Origin: a virus | Direction: 5' to 3' (one strand) | Length of the DNA stretch: 64,000 nt | IMG/VR virus record: IMGVR_UViG_3300033978_000724 | Location: 1-64,000 of that record | Part shown: in pieces, positions 28,342 to 37,890 of the stretch | How positions within the stretch are numbered: the first letter of the stretch is position 1 | Layout of the letters: each line of letters begins with the position of its first letter | Translations under genes and position numbers: made by a program | Notes under the pieces: generated by a model | The model's input: only the letters and a program-made list of their open reading frames with translations | Database searches by the model: none | What the model was told of the DNA's origin: nothing

Positions 28342-28974
28342 CTAAAACAGACTTAATTGTGTTTCTTTTGGCACTAATACTAATTTGTTTCTTGTTTTGT
28401 CGGGACTGTATTCGTGTAAAGATTCTTTTGTTTTTTCTCCATCGAGAAAATCTATAGTTGTGTAAGGATTGTAGGACTCGGCAATACTTTGCTGTGGAAA
28501 AAATAAATCAAACAAGCAAAATCCAAACCCATCAAACGACTCGTCTTTTAGCGTATATTTCCTTAGTTTATTTTTGGTGTTGTAACTAGCTAAATATTCT
28601 GCACTCTCTTTTTTACCCCCATACTGACAATACTTCAGTTTTTCAACAGGATATATTTTATTTCCCCACTGGTATTTTCGCTCATCCTTCACCCAAAACT
28701 CATAATCAGAGTGGTCAAAAAAGAAATCAGGAATAGGGACCAACCATATCTCGTAGTCATCAACAGAACAAAACTTCCCTGTTAACGCATCTATCCTTTT
28801 GTCCTTAGACCAACCTGATTCGTCATAAAAATAAATACTTGTCCTGGTCCTGTCGTAACCACCACGCCGGCGAGATGTTTTAGTCGTGTAATTATAGGAA
28901 GTCTCCCATCTGACCACATACCTCATTCCATCGTTTATCTGGATTAGTGGCTCTATTTGCTTTATAATACTCAT
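28342..28974 (-). CDS. Hypothetical protein with C-terminal clamp-binding motif QLSLF
   Basis: GAGGT RBS; ends ETQLSLF. Confidence 0.65.
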   Translation of the reverse strand: MSIIKQIEPLIQINDGMRYVVRWETSYNYTTKTSRRRGGYDRTRTSIYFYDESGWSKDKRIDALTGKFCSVDDYEIWLVPIPDFFFDHSDYEFWVKDERKYQWGNKIYPVEKLKYCQYGGKKESAEYLASYNTKNKLRKYTLKDESFDGFGFCLFDLFFPQQSIAESYNPYTTIDFLDGEKTKESLHEYSPDKTRNKLVLVPKETQLSLF

Positions 28975-29058
28975 ACAGTCTTACCTCAATTAAGATTGTC
29001 ACAACGGGGACATTCCACTGTCGCCCGTTATTTTTATTATAACAAATTATGAAATATT

Positions 29059-29349
29059 TTATCTATCTAAATAATACTCAGTCCGATCCACCCCTTTCTT
29101 GATCGGGCGATCAAATATCTTATTAAGTCCATTTAACTCTGTATTGACCAGCCAATAATTCATCTCTATTTGGTCAATTTCTTTCTCTACTTTTTCGGGT
29201 GTGGTTAGAATTGGGATGTGCTGGTCAAGGTCATCCAAGTCATTCTCTAATGAGTTAATCATCCCCTCAAGTTTGATTAATAATTCCTTGGCCGTAGCTA
29301 TTTCCTTTTTTCTTCTTTGGATGTATGGGATTAGTTTTGGGTTTATCAT
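29059..29349 (-). CDS. Hypothetical coiled-coil protein
   Basis: ATGA overlap with the upstream gene. Confidence 0.6.
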   Translation of the reverse strand: MINPKLIPYIQRRKKEIATAKELLIKLEGMINSLENDLDDLDQHIPILTTPEKVEKEIDQIEMNYWLVNTELNGLNKIFDRPIKKGVDRTEYYLDR

Positions 29350-30260
29350 TCAATCAATCCATTTATTGCCTGTGCATCAACATCAGTCCGAGGGTGTTTA
29401 AAAATAATCTTAACGGTTTGATTCGCAAAGACACTCAAGCAATAGAAGAACGCCCTAAACATCTCAGGCGGGTTATAGGTGTAATTAGGTAGATAAGAAT
29501 TAGAGAAAACACAAGCTAATGTCAGGATAGCGTCTGTTATTTGACGTTTCGCTTTTATTTTCTCAGGTGAATAATATTCTCTTTCCCATTCATTTTGTCT
29601 TTCTTCTAGTGCGTCCGTGTACTCCGAGTCGCATTCATACCTAGCACATTCATCAAAATCATATTCAAACTTGCTTTTAACATCCTTTTCTAACTCCAAA
29701 AGTTTTTCTATGTTTTTGATGATAGTAGCCACAGATTCTGCTATAAAATCAAAGTCGCCGGTTAAGTCTGTTTCAGTCAGAATATCAATCATCCTGATAA
29801 TCGTAGGACCTATATTGTCAACCTGATTTAATGGTGGAGCAGATAGTTGGGTGTATTCAAACTTATCTATATCAGAGAATTGATGGTTATATCTAATCTT
29901 GACCAACCTTTCTTCAAACGTCTTTAGTGATGAAAAGTATTTACCATAAAGTTCTGGACTCCCTTCTGATGGTAATAACTCATAACCCCAAAGACAAATT
30001 AATCTAACAATATTACCCGCTAAACGGTGGTAAACCATTTGCCATTCATGATTCTTGTCTAGCCAGGCGGTAGGACTTTCATTTAGAGTTTCTTCTATTA
30101 ATAAAAAGTTCTCTGAGTATATCTGGTCAATTTCTTTTATATCAGACTCGATTTTCCTAGCAAGAGTCCATAGTTTACTCCAGTCTTCTTTTGACAGGCT
30201 TAACCCTTTTATTCCAGCGTAAACAGCGTGTCCAAAATATTTTATTTCAGGTGTTGACAT
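29346..30260 (-). CDS. Hypothetical helical protein
   Basis: 304-aa ORF with ACAAAGGAC RBS. Confidence 0.7.
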   Translation of the reverse strand: MSTPEIKYFGHAVYAGIKGLSLSKEDWSKLWTLARKIESDIKEIDQIYSENFLLIEETLNESPTAWLDKNHEWQMVYHRLAGNIVRLICLWGYELLPSEGSPELYGKYFSSLKTFEERLVKIRYNHQFSDIDKFEYTQLSAPPLNQVDNIGPTIIRMIDILTETDLTGDFDFIAESVATIIKNIEKLLELEKDVKSKFEYDFDECARYECDSEYTDALEERQNEWEREYYSPEKIKAKRQITDAILTLACVFSNSYLPNYTYNPPEMFRAFFYCLSVFANQTVKIIFKHPRTDVDAQAINGLIE

Positions 30261-30349
30261 TTTTCTTTTGTCCTTTGTATGTCATTTTGTCTCTCTATTA
30301 TACCTTGAATCTGGTATCATGAGATTACACATAGACAAAGGAAAAACAA

Positions 30350-30922
30350 ATGTTGTTTATACCAGAAGAGTGGGAGCGTATCCGTTACTGCATAGGACCA
30401 GGTATCAACAGAGTCGTCACTATAGGGCAAATGATAGACGAAAGATACAGTGCTGATTTAAAGATAGGTTTTGCGTTGGATGGATTGTTATATAGTATTG
30501 AATCGGAAGACGAAACAGAAGACATGATCCGGCAGTATCCTGTTTATCAATACGGGAGAATAGCCACAAATATACCGGCTTTTGTGGTCCGTACGTCATA
30601 CGAAACCGTGTCTTACAGAATAGATTCTACTTCTTCTAGTGTCTCGTTGACGTTCACAGAAGACTACATAAAAGAATCTAATACTATTTGGAGCGAACTA
30701 AAAGAGTACGTGACAGAATTTAAGTTAGGCGATCCTAGTGACATTATTTCCACATTAACGGAAGAGGAAAAAATCAAAGAACAAGATGAAGACACAGGGT
30801 GGACGGCATGGGTAGGTGATTGGGTTATTTTCCCTCTTGTATATGACAGTTGTTATTTTTCAATTGGACACGCACCTAGAAATCCATGTGACAAAAAGAC
30901 TGGTCCTCTCGGTGACAACTAA
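30350..30922 (+). CDS. Hypothetical acidic protein
   Basis: ACAAAGGAA RBS; terminator downstream. Confidence 0.65.
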   Translation: MLFIPEEWERIRYCIGPGINRVVTIGQMIDERYSADLKIGFALDGLLYSIESEDETEDMIRQYPVYQYGRIATNIPAFVVRTSYETVSYRIDSTSSSVSLTFTEDYIKESNTIWSELKEYVTEFKLGDPSDIISTLTEEEKIKEQDEDTGWTAWVGDWVIFPLVYDSCYFSIGHAPRNPCDKKTGPLGDN

Positions 30923-30942
30923 TTCTTTCTATTGACAATTAT

Positions 30943-30989
30943 TAATTAATCTCACCCGGTCCTGAATCAGAACCGGGTGAGATTAATTA
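30943..30989. terminator. Bidirectional terminator
   Basis: TAATTAATCTCACCCGGT...ACCGGGTGAGATTAATTA inverted repeat. Confidence 0.8.
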
Positions 30990-31769
30990 TTCACCGATCA
31001 AACGCTGTCTTTCCTGTCCAAAGAGTAAAGTGATGACTTCATCGAGAGAATCAGCTTTGATATACTCACTCACAACAGGACGAGTCACAGCAGTAATTAA
31101 ATCATCACGACCTATTTTCTTGACCGATTCAACTACCCATTTCATTGACGGGACTTTTTGCCCAGTCTTTTTGGTAATAGAAGTGGTTAATTGTTCAGAA
31201 CTCAAGAACTTTTCTGTTTTATTAGTCTTTAGGCCTAACACCTCAGTCACGACCGTTTCAACTGTGACAATACTATCTGCATGACCACGCAACAATAAAA
31301 CAGTTTCTTTGCCGTGAATTTTTAGCATCGAATCATCTATTTCTTTGTTAGCCAACCTTAACTTTTCTAACTCAATTTGTTTATCCAATCGGATGTCTTC
31401 AATTGATTGAGCAACCTGAGGGTAAATTTGCTTAGTTAATTTCCAGTTCTTTTCACATTCAATAAAGTATTGACGTATTTGCCGTCCCTGGTCCGTTCTT
31501 GCCAAAAGACAAAACTGCTTAAGTCCATCACAAGACATTTTTATCTGAGTAATGCTACGACCCTTACCAGATGGATTTTTTACGGTGGTCCGTAAGAAGT
31601 CAACACCCTCAATTAAATTGTTTTGGACGCTAATAACGCCGTCCTGTTTTTTCTTGTACCCCGCTAATTGCCAGGCAATATCTAAATCAACTGGAAAGTT
31701 GACACCGCTATTCTCAGAAGTCAACCATTGAGATATTTGATCTTCTGTGTTATGATTAAAGTCCAACAT
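30987..31769 (-). CDS. AntA/AntB-like phage antirepressor
   Basis: FPVDLDIAWQLAGY..LIEGVDF..MSCDGLKQFCLLARTDQGRQIRQYFIECEK. Confidence 0.8.
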   Translation of the reverse strand: MLDFNHNTEDQISQWLTSENSGVNFPVDLDIAWQLAGYKKKQDGVISVQNNLIEGVDFLRTTVKNPSGKGRSITQIKMSCDGLKQFCLLARTDQGRQIRQYFIECEKNWKLTKQIYPQVAQSIEDIRLDKQIELEKLRLANKEIDDSMLKIHGKETVLLLRGHADSIVTVETVVTEVLGLKTNKTEKFLSSEQLTTSITKKTGQKVPSMKWVVESVKKIGRDDLITAVTRPVVSEYIKADSLDEVITLLFGQERQRLIGE

Positions 31770-31796
31770 GGTTTTAAGTGCTTTGTTGTAAAACTA

Positions 31797-31834
31797 ATTA
31801 ACACCCCAAAGATTTATTTCTCTGGGGTGTTAAT
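31797..31834 (-). terminator. Hairpin/terminator between 31878..32480 and the antirepressor gene
   Basis: ATTAACACCCCA...TGGGGTGTTAAT inverted repeat. Confidence 0.6.
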
Positions 31835-31877
31835 ATTATAACCCAAATTATCGCCCTTGCGATATTGCAGATAAAGA

Positions 31878-32480
31878 TTATCGGATAAGATAGGGATTAT
31901 CTGAGGATGCCAAGTTCGTCATAAAATCTAAAGTCTTACTCCGTTCAGATGGCTTTTTTATTTCTCGTAAGTCTTTCACCCAAAGATCAATAAAAACGCC
32001 CCATCTTTGCGTCTCTTCTTGTTCTGTTGGCTGTTTTTCAATCCGTTTCCCGTCTCCTTCCGCCACAGAATGTAACCCTATTTTTTTTAATTCATCAGTA
32101 AAATACTCCATTTTATCCTCTAAGCTCCATCGGGCGGGTGGTAACGTGCTAATTAACATTTCCTCTGATCCTTTAATATTTAGTCTCGCACTCCAAGGGG
32201 AATAGACGATCAAATAACTTCTATTTTGGCTCCCATGGTAATTTCCACTATCGCCATTTGGGGATAATATCTTTTTGTCTAAATCTGTTAACGGCCTTAA
32301 GTCTAAAAGTAAATGCGGGACGATAACAGAAAACCATTCATGTTTTCCCGCACCAACACACTCAGTCCGCAACCGAGAGAAAATACCGTCATAGACCAAA
32401 GTAATATTGACCTCTTTATTTCTATTAGAGGGAGAATCATAAAGAGAGATAGTGAAAGTTTTTTCTGTTGAGTTGTCCAT
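31878..32480 (-). CDS. Hypothetical protein
   Basis: ACAAAGGAC RBS 4 nt before ATG. Confidence 0.65.
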   Translation of the reverse strand: MDNSTEKTFTISLYDSPSNRNKEVNITLVYDGIFSRLRTECVGAGKHEWFSVIVPHLLLDLRPLTDLDKKILSPNGDSGNYHGSQNRSYLIVYSPWSARLNIKGSEEMLISTLPPARWSLEDKMEYFTDELKKIGLHSVAEGDGKRIEKQPTEQEETQRWGVFIDLWVKDLREIKKPSERSKTLDFMTNLASSDNPYLIR

Positions 32481-32532
32481 TTTTGTCCTTTGTTTATGTA
32501 CAAAAATATTATAACAGAATCTGGTCGAGGTG

Positions 32533-32934
32533 CTAATAGTAAAACCAGCCCTTCACCTTATTAATAAAATCCACATTAGTCTTTAATAAATAAGGATCAG
32601 ACATCACAGGCAATAACCTAATTTTCCCCACCTGAGTTTTACCCGGAGCCGTTTTTAACTCCACATCAGCATCACAAGGAAAACTAATATCAGGCGGGAA
32701 ATAATAGGGATTAATCAAATAACCAGACAGGAAAATATTATTAGCATTAATACCAGGCATATATTGAGTCGCCATAGTATCAGCTTTACCCGGCTCTAAT
32801 AAACATTGATAATCAATTATTTCCTTATCTAAAGATTGATTACCATATCGGTCAACCCCAACCCCGACAAGTACCCGTGGCAAGTGAATTACAGCATTAG
32901 CGTAATAAGTGAAAGGTGAACTATTTTTAATCAT
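32533..32934 (-). CDS. Putative head-tail connector/closure protein
   Basis: 133 aa, G.GVDRYGN motif, divergent from the capsid gene. Confidence 0.5.
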   Translation of the reverse strand: MIKNSSPFTYYANAVIHLPRVLVGVGVDRYGNQSLDKEIIDYQCLLEPGKADTMATQYMPGINANNIFLSGYLINPYYFPPDISFPCDADVELKTAPGKTQVGKIRLLPVMSDPYLLKTNVDFINKVKGWFYY

Positions 32935-32946
32935 TTTAATAATTGA

Positions 32947-32976
32947 TTGACATTTAACTATTTATTCTATTATAAT
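32947..32976 (+). promoter_or_regulatory. Consensus sigma70 promoter of the major capsid gene
   Basis: TTGACA-N18-TATAAT. Confidence 0.8.
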
Positions 32977-33134
32977 TGAGGGAACGTAGCGTGATGTACG
33001 TAGATCAAATTGATTAATCCAAGAAATTAATCAACCAAGTATGTAAAATAATATAGCGTGATGCTATCACTCAAATCTCTTCTTTGCGTGATGCTGACGA
33101 AGAGGGTAAACATTAGTTAACACCCTCATTTTTA

Positions 33135-34289
33135 ATGCCTAATAATTTAGACGCATTTATCCCTAGAGTCTTGGCTATGGCAGTCATGACCCTGCGGGAA
33201 TCAGTTGTTTTACCGGGTAAAGTTTATAGCTCCTTTGGCTCTGAATATAAAACCCATGGTTCGTCTGTTGATATTCCGTTGCCTGCCTCGATGATCGCAG
33301 AAGATGTTGTACCTTCTAATATTCCATCTGTTGGTCAGAATATTACTCCTAAGAGTATCAGCCTGAAGTTAGATGGCTGGATCAAATCAGGATTCCCGTT
33401 AACAGATTTAGAATATACATCGGTAATGGATGGCGTTGTACCCGTTCAATTAAAAGAAGCGGCGAGAGCAATTGCTAACCGGGTTGATACTGATTTATGG
33501 AGTATGTATAAGTCTGTACCCAATGTAATCGGCACAGCAGGTCAAGTACCGTTCCAGAACGTTACACCACCAACTCAGACCTATCATTTATTGAATGCTG
33601 CTAAAGAATCAAGACGCATCTTGAACTTGAATCGTGCATTACAGAATGACCGGATCATGTTGTTAGGGGTAGAGGCAGAAGCCAACGCATCCGCTTTACC
33701 TCAGTTTTTAAGTGCGGCGGATTCTGGTAGTACCGAGACTATTCGTGAGGGTCGTATTGGTTATAAATACGGCTTTGATTGGTTTATGTCTCAAAATTCA
33801 CCACTCCACGCTAACGCCACAACCGGCACAGTTGTTACTAATGGTTCCCCTCCTACAGTAAATGGAGTGGGTGCTACGACCTTGGTTGTGTCTGGTGCTA
33901 CAGCTATCGGTATTGGTGACAAATTCTCTATCGCTGGAGATACTACTCAATACACTATTAACGCTGGATCGAGTACCACTAATTGGTTGATTTATCCTGC
34001 CTTAAAAGTAGCTCCTGCCACAAGTACAGCAATCACTATTTATGCCAGTGGTGCTAGTGGTGCTGATGTTTCTTTGGCATTCCATCCTATGGCTTTTGCT
34101 TTCGCTAATCGCCCTTTAATTGATGTGATGGCGAATGGTAACACAATTCAAACTTTAACAGACCCTGACTCTGGTTTGTCTATGCGGTTAGAGATTGTAC
34201 GGCAAAACAAACAGACATTAGTAGAATTAGATTTCCTTTATGGTTACACTCCCTTGTTACCAGAGTTAGCAGTCGCTATTTACGGGTAA
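33135..34289 (+). CDS. Major capsid protein (P22 coat/gp5-like, HK97 fold)
   Basis: GSSVDIPLP, AARAIANRVD, GRIGYKYGFDWFMSQN, LAFHPMAFAFANRPL, ELDFLYG. Confidence 0.93.
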   Translation: MPNNLDAFIPRVLAMAVMTLRESVVLPGKVYSSFGSEYKTHGSSVDIPLPASMIAEDVVPSNIPSVGQNITPKSISLKLDGWIKSGFPLTDLEYTSVMDGVVPVQLKEAARAIANRVDTDLWSMYKSVPNVIGTAGQVPFQNVTPPTQTYHLLNAAKESRRILNLNRALQNDRIMLLGVEAEANASALPQFLSAADSGSTETIREGRIGYKYGFDWFMSQNSPLHANATTGTVVTNGSPPTVNGVGATTLVVSGATAIGIGDKFSIAGDTTQYTINAGSSTTNWLIYPALKVAPATSTAITIYASGASGADVSLAFHPMAFAFANRPLIDVMANGNTIQTLTDPDSGLSMRLEIVRQNKQTLVELDFLYGYTPLLPELAVAIYG

Positions 34290-34294
34290 AGAAT

Positions 34295-34507
34295 ATGAGT
34301 ATTTTAAGCACCGTAAAGATCAGGCATAGTGAAGTGCCGGCTGGTTACATCGTGATTAATCAATCAGACTATGACCCGGCTAAACATACTTTATTTGAAG
34401 TGCCTCCTTCGCCTGACCCGGAAAAACCGCCGTTGATGTTAGATGTGAATGAAGTGCCAATAGAAAAAAAGACGGCTAAAAAGTCTCAACCTGTTGATCA
34501 GACTTGA
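34295..34507 (+). CDS. Small head-associated protein
   Basis: Directly after the capsid gene; GYIVINQSDYDPAKHTLF. Confidence 0.6.
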   Translation: MSILSTVKIRHSEVPAGYIVINQSDYDPAKHTLFEVPPSPDPEKPPLMLDVNEVPIEKKTAKKSQPVDQT

Positions 34508-34893
34508 TAAATAGAGAAATCAACAGACCATCTCTGACCTATGACTGTTTCAGAGTATTCATTAACCGGGATAAAAATACAATTAGTAAAAACATCTTTG
34601 GTATCAATGTTATCAGTCATGGTCAGCAACCAACTCATGTCTTCATCTAAAGCGTGAATGTCGGCTGTTTTTATTAGGTCTAAAAAAGTGTTTTTTACAT
34701 TATCCACTAAGTAACACTGCACAGTCCACTTTGACTTAATAGGGCAGGTTTGCCGGTCAAATCTAGCAAAACCAAACTGGCTGTAACTTAATTCAGCACC
34801 CTGTAAAAAAGTGTAAGTAGTGGAAATAATAGGATTACACCAAGTACCGATAGTAACAGATACATCGCCTTTAGAAATAATCAGAGTTGTCAT
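34498..34893 (-). CDS. Putative distal-tail-like protein, paralog of the 13209..14333 domains
   Basis: Same layout: SVTIG..KWTV..LLTMTD..SVDFSIYQV. Confidence 0.5.
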   Translation of the reverse strand: MTTLIISKGDVSVTIGTWCNPIISTTYTFLQGAELSYSQFGFARFDRQTCPIKSKWTVQCYLVDNVKNTFLDLIKTADIHALDEDMSWLLTMTDNIDTKDVFTNCIFIPVNEYSETVIGQRWSVDFSIYQV

Positions 34894-34927
34894 ATAAATT
34901 CCTTTTCATTTTAAATATGAGGTAAAT

Positions 34928-35659
34928 ATGGCTAATCGCTATAAATCAACTGGAGCCGGTACAAAGATTGAGATATATCCTCAACATGACTGTTTATCCC
35001 GTACTCCCGCTCCTGTTTCCATAGCCACAACCGGAGCCGTTGCAGATGCAGGTGATACAACTATCACAGTTGCTTTTTCTCCTGCATTGACTAAGCCTAT
35101 TCTAGCACCAATGTGGGCGACAGCAACCGATCCAGCGACAGGAAAAGAGGTTGATTTTAAAATCACCGCTGATGTGGCTATTGGTGCAACTAGTTTAACC
35201 GTAGTGGCATTGGCTAATGATATTCCTAGCGGATCGTTGATTACTTTTCCTGTAACATTCCCCGGTCGTAGCTCCTGTAATTGGCAACCATCAAACCAAT
35301 CTGATGCTATGCAAACATTAGATGAAGCTGGCTGGGAGTCTTCTACACCTACCACAAAAGGCGGTAGTTTCCAGCTAGAAGGATACTGCTGGATGACGTT
35401 ACCAGCTTGGCGTATTTTAGAATACGCATCTCGGAATAATGAGATGGTATGGGCAAGAATCACCTATCCAAAACCCGCCTGTCCTGACTTTGACGGGTAT
35501 GATCATGGTGACGTGATTGAAGGGTTCTTTTTCCCTGATCAAGGCGTTCCCATTGATGCACCTGCTGAAAGTCCGATTATGAGTAGCATTACTTTGAAAT
35601 TGGATGGCGCTCCGCTTCGTTGGTTAGAGCCTGGTAAATATCCTTTACCCGCCCTGTAA
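34928..35659 (+). CDS. Major tail tube protein
   Basis: GAGTKIEI start, GWESSTPTTKGGSFQLEG, MVWARITYP, SITLKLDGAP; upstream of chaperone and tape measure genes. Confidence 0.85.
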   Translation: MANRYKSTGAGTKIEIYPQHDCLSRTPAPVSIATTGAVADAGDTTITVAFSPALTKPILAPMWATATDPATGKEVDFKITADVAIGATSLTVVALANDIPSGSLITFPVTFPGRSSCNWQPSNQSDAMQTLDEAGWESSTPTTKGGSFQLEGYCWMTLPAWRILEYASRNNEMVWARITYPKPACPDFDGYDHGDVIEGFFFPDQGVPIDAPAESPIMSSITLKLDGAPLRWLEPGKYPLPAL

Positions 35660-35749
35660 CACATCAAGGTATTATAATAGGTAGCAGTTGGAGTTATTTC
35701 TCTGACTGCTAAACTTTTAGATTAAAACAAATAAGAAGGACAAAAATAT

Positions 35750-36532
35750 ATGGGTTTTCCCTTTAAAACAAGAGCCACATCGGAGTTTGTGACACTTACC
35801 ACTAAGAACGGTGATAGCTTTGAGATTGAAAGCAGAAACGATATTACTGTATTAGAGGATAGTAAGTATCAACAGTTATTACAAGAACACAATGTCAAAG
35901 ATGAAACACGATTATTATTAGACTTAGCGGCGTTAATTAGTCGAGAAAAAGGTGTAACTGCTGACCGTGCATTAAAAGTTATTATTCCTACTCAAGAGGT
36001 GACAACCGATGAAGAAAAGGAATTAGAAAAAGAAAACGATAAAATCAGAGGGGAATATACTGGCAAAATTGTTGAGTTAAATACTGAGATTATTTTGGCT
36101 TCTGCTAGTAAGGCTTTATTTGGTGCTTACGTTATTTACCCTAGATTATTAGGTCCGATTGAGGCACGTATTAAAGAGATTAAAACCAAGTCTGCTGGTC
36201 GTGATTACACTGATGAAGAGAAAGTAGAAGTATCTATTTTAGAACAGCAAATAGACGACATCAATGATTGGAGTTTAGAAGACATCAAGCAATTACCAAA
36301 GCAGGTAGTTGAGGCATTGGCTAAATTCTTTAATACTGAATCCGCTGGCAAGCAGGAGGTGGCAGTAGATGAAGAATCGGGAAAATCATCATCCCCCAGA
36401 AAGAGCAAGTCCTCAAGTACAAAAGACAAGAGCCTACCGACTGGGGAAAAATCTACTGGAGAATCCAACGGTACTGGCCTCATGACCGAAGATTTAGTTA
36501 TGGTGAGTTCGGGTATCAGTCAAGAGGGTTAA
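35750..36532 (+). CDS. Tail assembly chaperone (gpG equivalent)
   Basis: Between tail tube and tape measure; contains slippery G-GGA-AAA at 36379-36385. Confidence 0.85.
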   Translation: MGFPFKTRATSEFVTLTTKNGDSFEIESRNDITVLEDSKYQQLLQEHNVKDETRLLLDLAALISREKGVTADRALKVIIPTQEVTTDEEKELEKENDKIRGEYTGKIVELNTEIILASASKALFGAYVIYPRLLGPIEARIKEIKTKSAGRDYTDEEKVEVSILEQQIDDINDWSLEDIKQLPKQVVEALAKFFNTESAGKQEVAVDEESGKSSSPRKSKSSSTKDKSLPTGEKSTGESNGTGLMTEDLVMVSSGISQEG

Positions 36533-37038
36533 TACTTCAGGCGTTGAGGGAAGGAGAGGAATTAGCAAGAGAACAATTACATTTACAGGAATTAGCCATA
36601 GCACAGCTAACTTCTGTTTATGTTAACTCTCAAAAAACAAAACCACCTTACACCAGTCCTAAAGACTTTTGCTTATTCCGTCCTTCTGACCAACGCTTTT
36701 CACCTATCTTGTGCCGGGTAGTCAAGTCATTGTTAAGGGAAAAGAAATTGCCTAATTGGGTGATAGGATGGCTACCTCACGATGAATTAACTCAGGGCGA
36801 TACCTTACCAGATCATGCAGTGCCAGTCAAACATTTAAGAGCGTTAATGGCTCCGGGTGTGGTGATCTTTTCCCCTAATGTGACTGACAACTATATTAAG
36901 TTTCCACTTGCTCTAATAGAGGGAGTACAAGGCAGTAAGAGAGTTTATTGCATTGATACTAGGGAACACTTTGATATAGAAATACCATCTGTATTTGATG
37001 AGTTTGTATTAGATGAGATTTGGGAGCGAGTATCGTGA
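36379..37038 (+). CDS. Tail assembly chaperone gpGT extension via -1 programmed frameshift
   Basis: The -1 frame is open from 36373 (after TGA) to 37038: IIIPQKEQ..DWGKIYWRIQRYWPHDRRF..LREGEEL; no ATG before the listed TTG. Confidence 0.85.
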   Translation, partial: GKIIIPQKEQVLKYKRQEPTDWGKIYWRIQRYWPHDRRFSYGEFGYQSRGLILQALREGEELAREQLHLQELAIAQLTSVYVNSQKTKPPYTSPKDFCLFRPSDQRFSPILCRVVKSLLREKKLPNWVIGWLPHDELTQGDTLPDHAVPVKHLRALMAPGVVIFSPNVTDNYIKFPLALIEGVQGSKRVYCIDTREHFDIEIPSVFDEFVLDEIWERVS

Positions 37039-37454
37039 GAAGACCGAAACAATCCAAGTTTAAAATTAATTATCAAGGTCTGGCGCAGTTAAAACGAATG
37101 ATCACTGAATCATTTGAAGAGACTATTAAAGAACTTGACATGGAATTTGAGGCGGTCATCTCAGATGCTAATGCTTTCGCCGATATAGGGGTATTTAACC
37201 AGGATATTATTTGGTCTGGTCGGTTAAAAGAATCTCAACAATTAGAGCTATCAACAGAAGGAAATAAAGTAAAAGCATCCTGGCAATGGGACCCGGTTGA
37301 TCCTGAAACTGGAGACCATTATGCCGGTGATGTTTTTGTTGGTTTTACTACCTGGTCCGGGCGGTTTATCCCTGGTAGAAACTGGCCGGATAAAGGGATT
37401 GAGAGATACGATCCATTCGACAATTTTGTGGTGAAGTTAAAGGCAAAATTATGA
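37020..37454 (+). CDS. Putative neck/tail completion protein (HK97 gp10-like)
   Basis: DIIWSGRLKES..YAGDVFVG..PGRNW; position; true start may be GTG 37035. Confidence 0.6.
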   Translation: MGASIVRRPKQSKFKINYQGLAQLKRMITESFEETIKELDMEFEAVISDANAFADIGVFNQDIIWSGRLKESQQLELSTEGNKVKASWQWDPVDPETGDHYAGDVFVGFTTWSGRFIPGRNWPDKGIERYDPFDNFVVKLKAKL

Positions 37455-37888
37455 GCAACATTGCTAATTATTTTTCTGATACAGCTATGACAATCAAGTC
37501 TAGCTGTATTTCTAATTTAAAGGATTTATTAACTACTTATACTTTACCTAGTGGTGTGATAGTAGATGCTATTGCTATTAATCCTATTTTAGGTAACGAT
37601 GTATTCCCGCCAGAAGGTACTAAAACAGGTGAGGGAATAGAGGTTGTTCTTTATTATCCTGAAGCGAGAGTCAACCAAATATTAGCAGGGTACTCACGTG
37701 ATTATTTATGGCAAATATACCTTAAACAATGGGATTTAAAAAGTGATACGTTAGAGGCATCGGAGTTATTAATTGATGCTTTACCTTATCAGGTTAAAAA
37801 TTGTTTTAGAAATAGACAAAATAGCTTGTTAAATCAGCCTGAAATATGTAAGATAGAAGTAATTATTGGTATTGCGGGGAGTTGGTAA
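37451..37888 (+). CDS. Putative tail terminator protein
   Basis: 145 aa, WQIYLKQWD, ATGA overlap, just before the tape measure gene. Confidence 0.55.
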   Translation: MSNIANYFSDTAMTIKSSCISNLKDLLTTYTLPSGVIVDAIAINPILGNDVFPPEGTKTGEGIEVVLYYPEARVNQILAGYSRDYLWQIYLKQWDLKSDTLEASELLIDALPYQVKNCFRNRQNSLLNQPEICKIEVIIGIAGSW

Positions 37889-37890
37889 TT

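Noticed and set aside
33094-33120. CTGACGA as a hammerhead ribozyme core
   Set aside because: No stem II followed by GAAA; the sequence is explained by the leader hairpin
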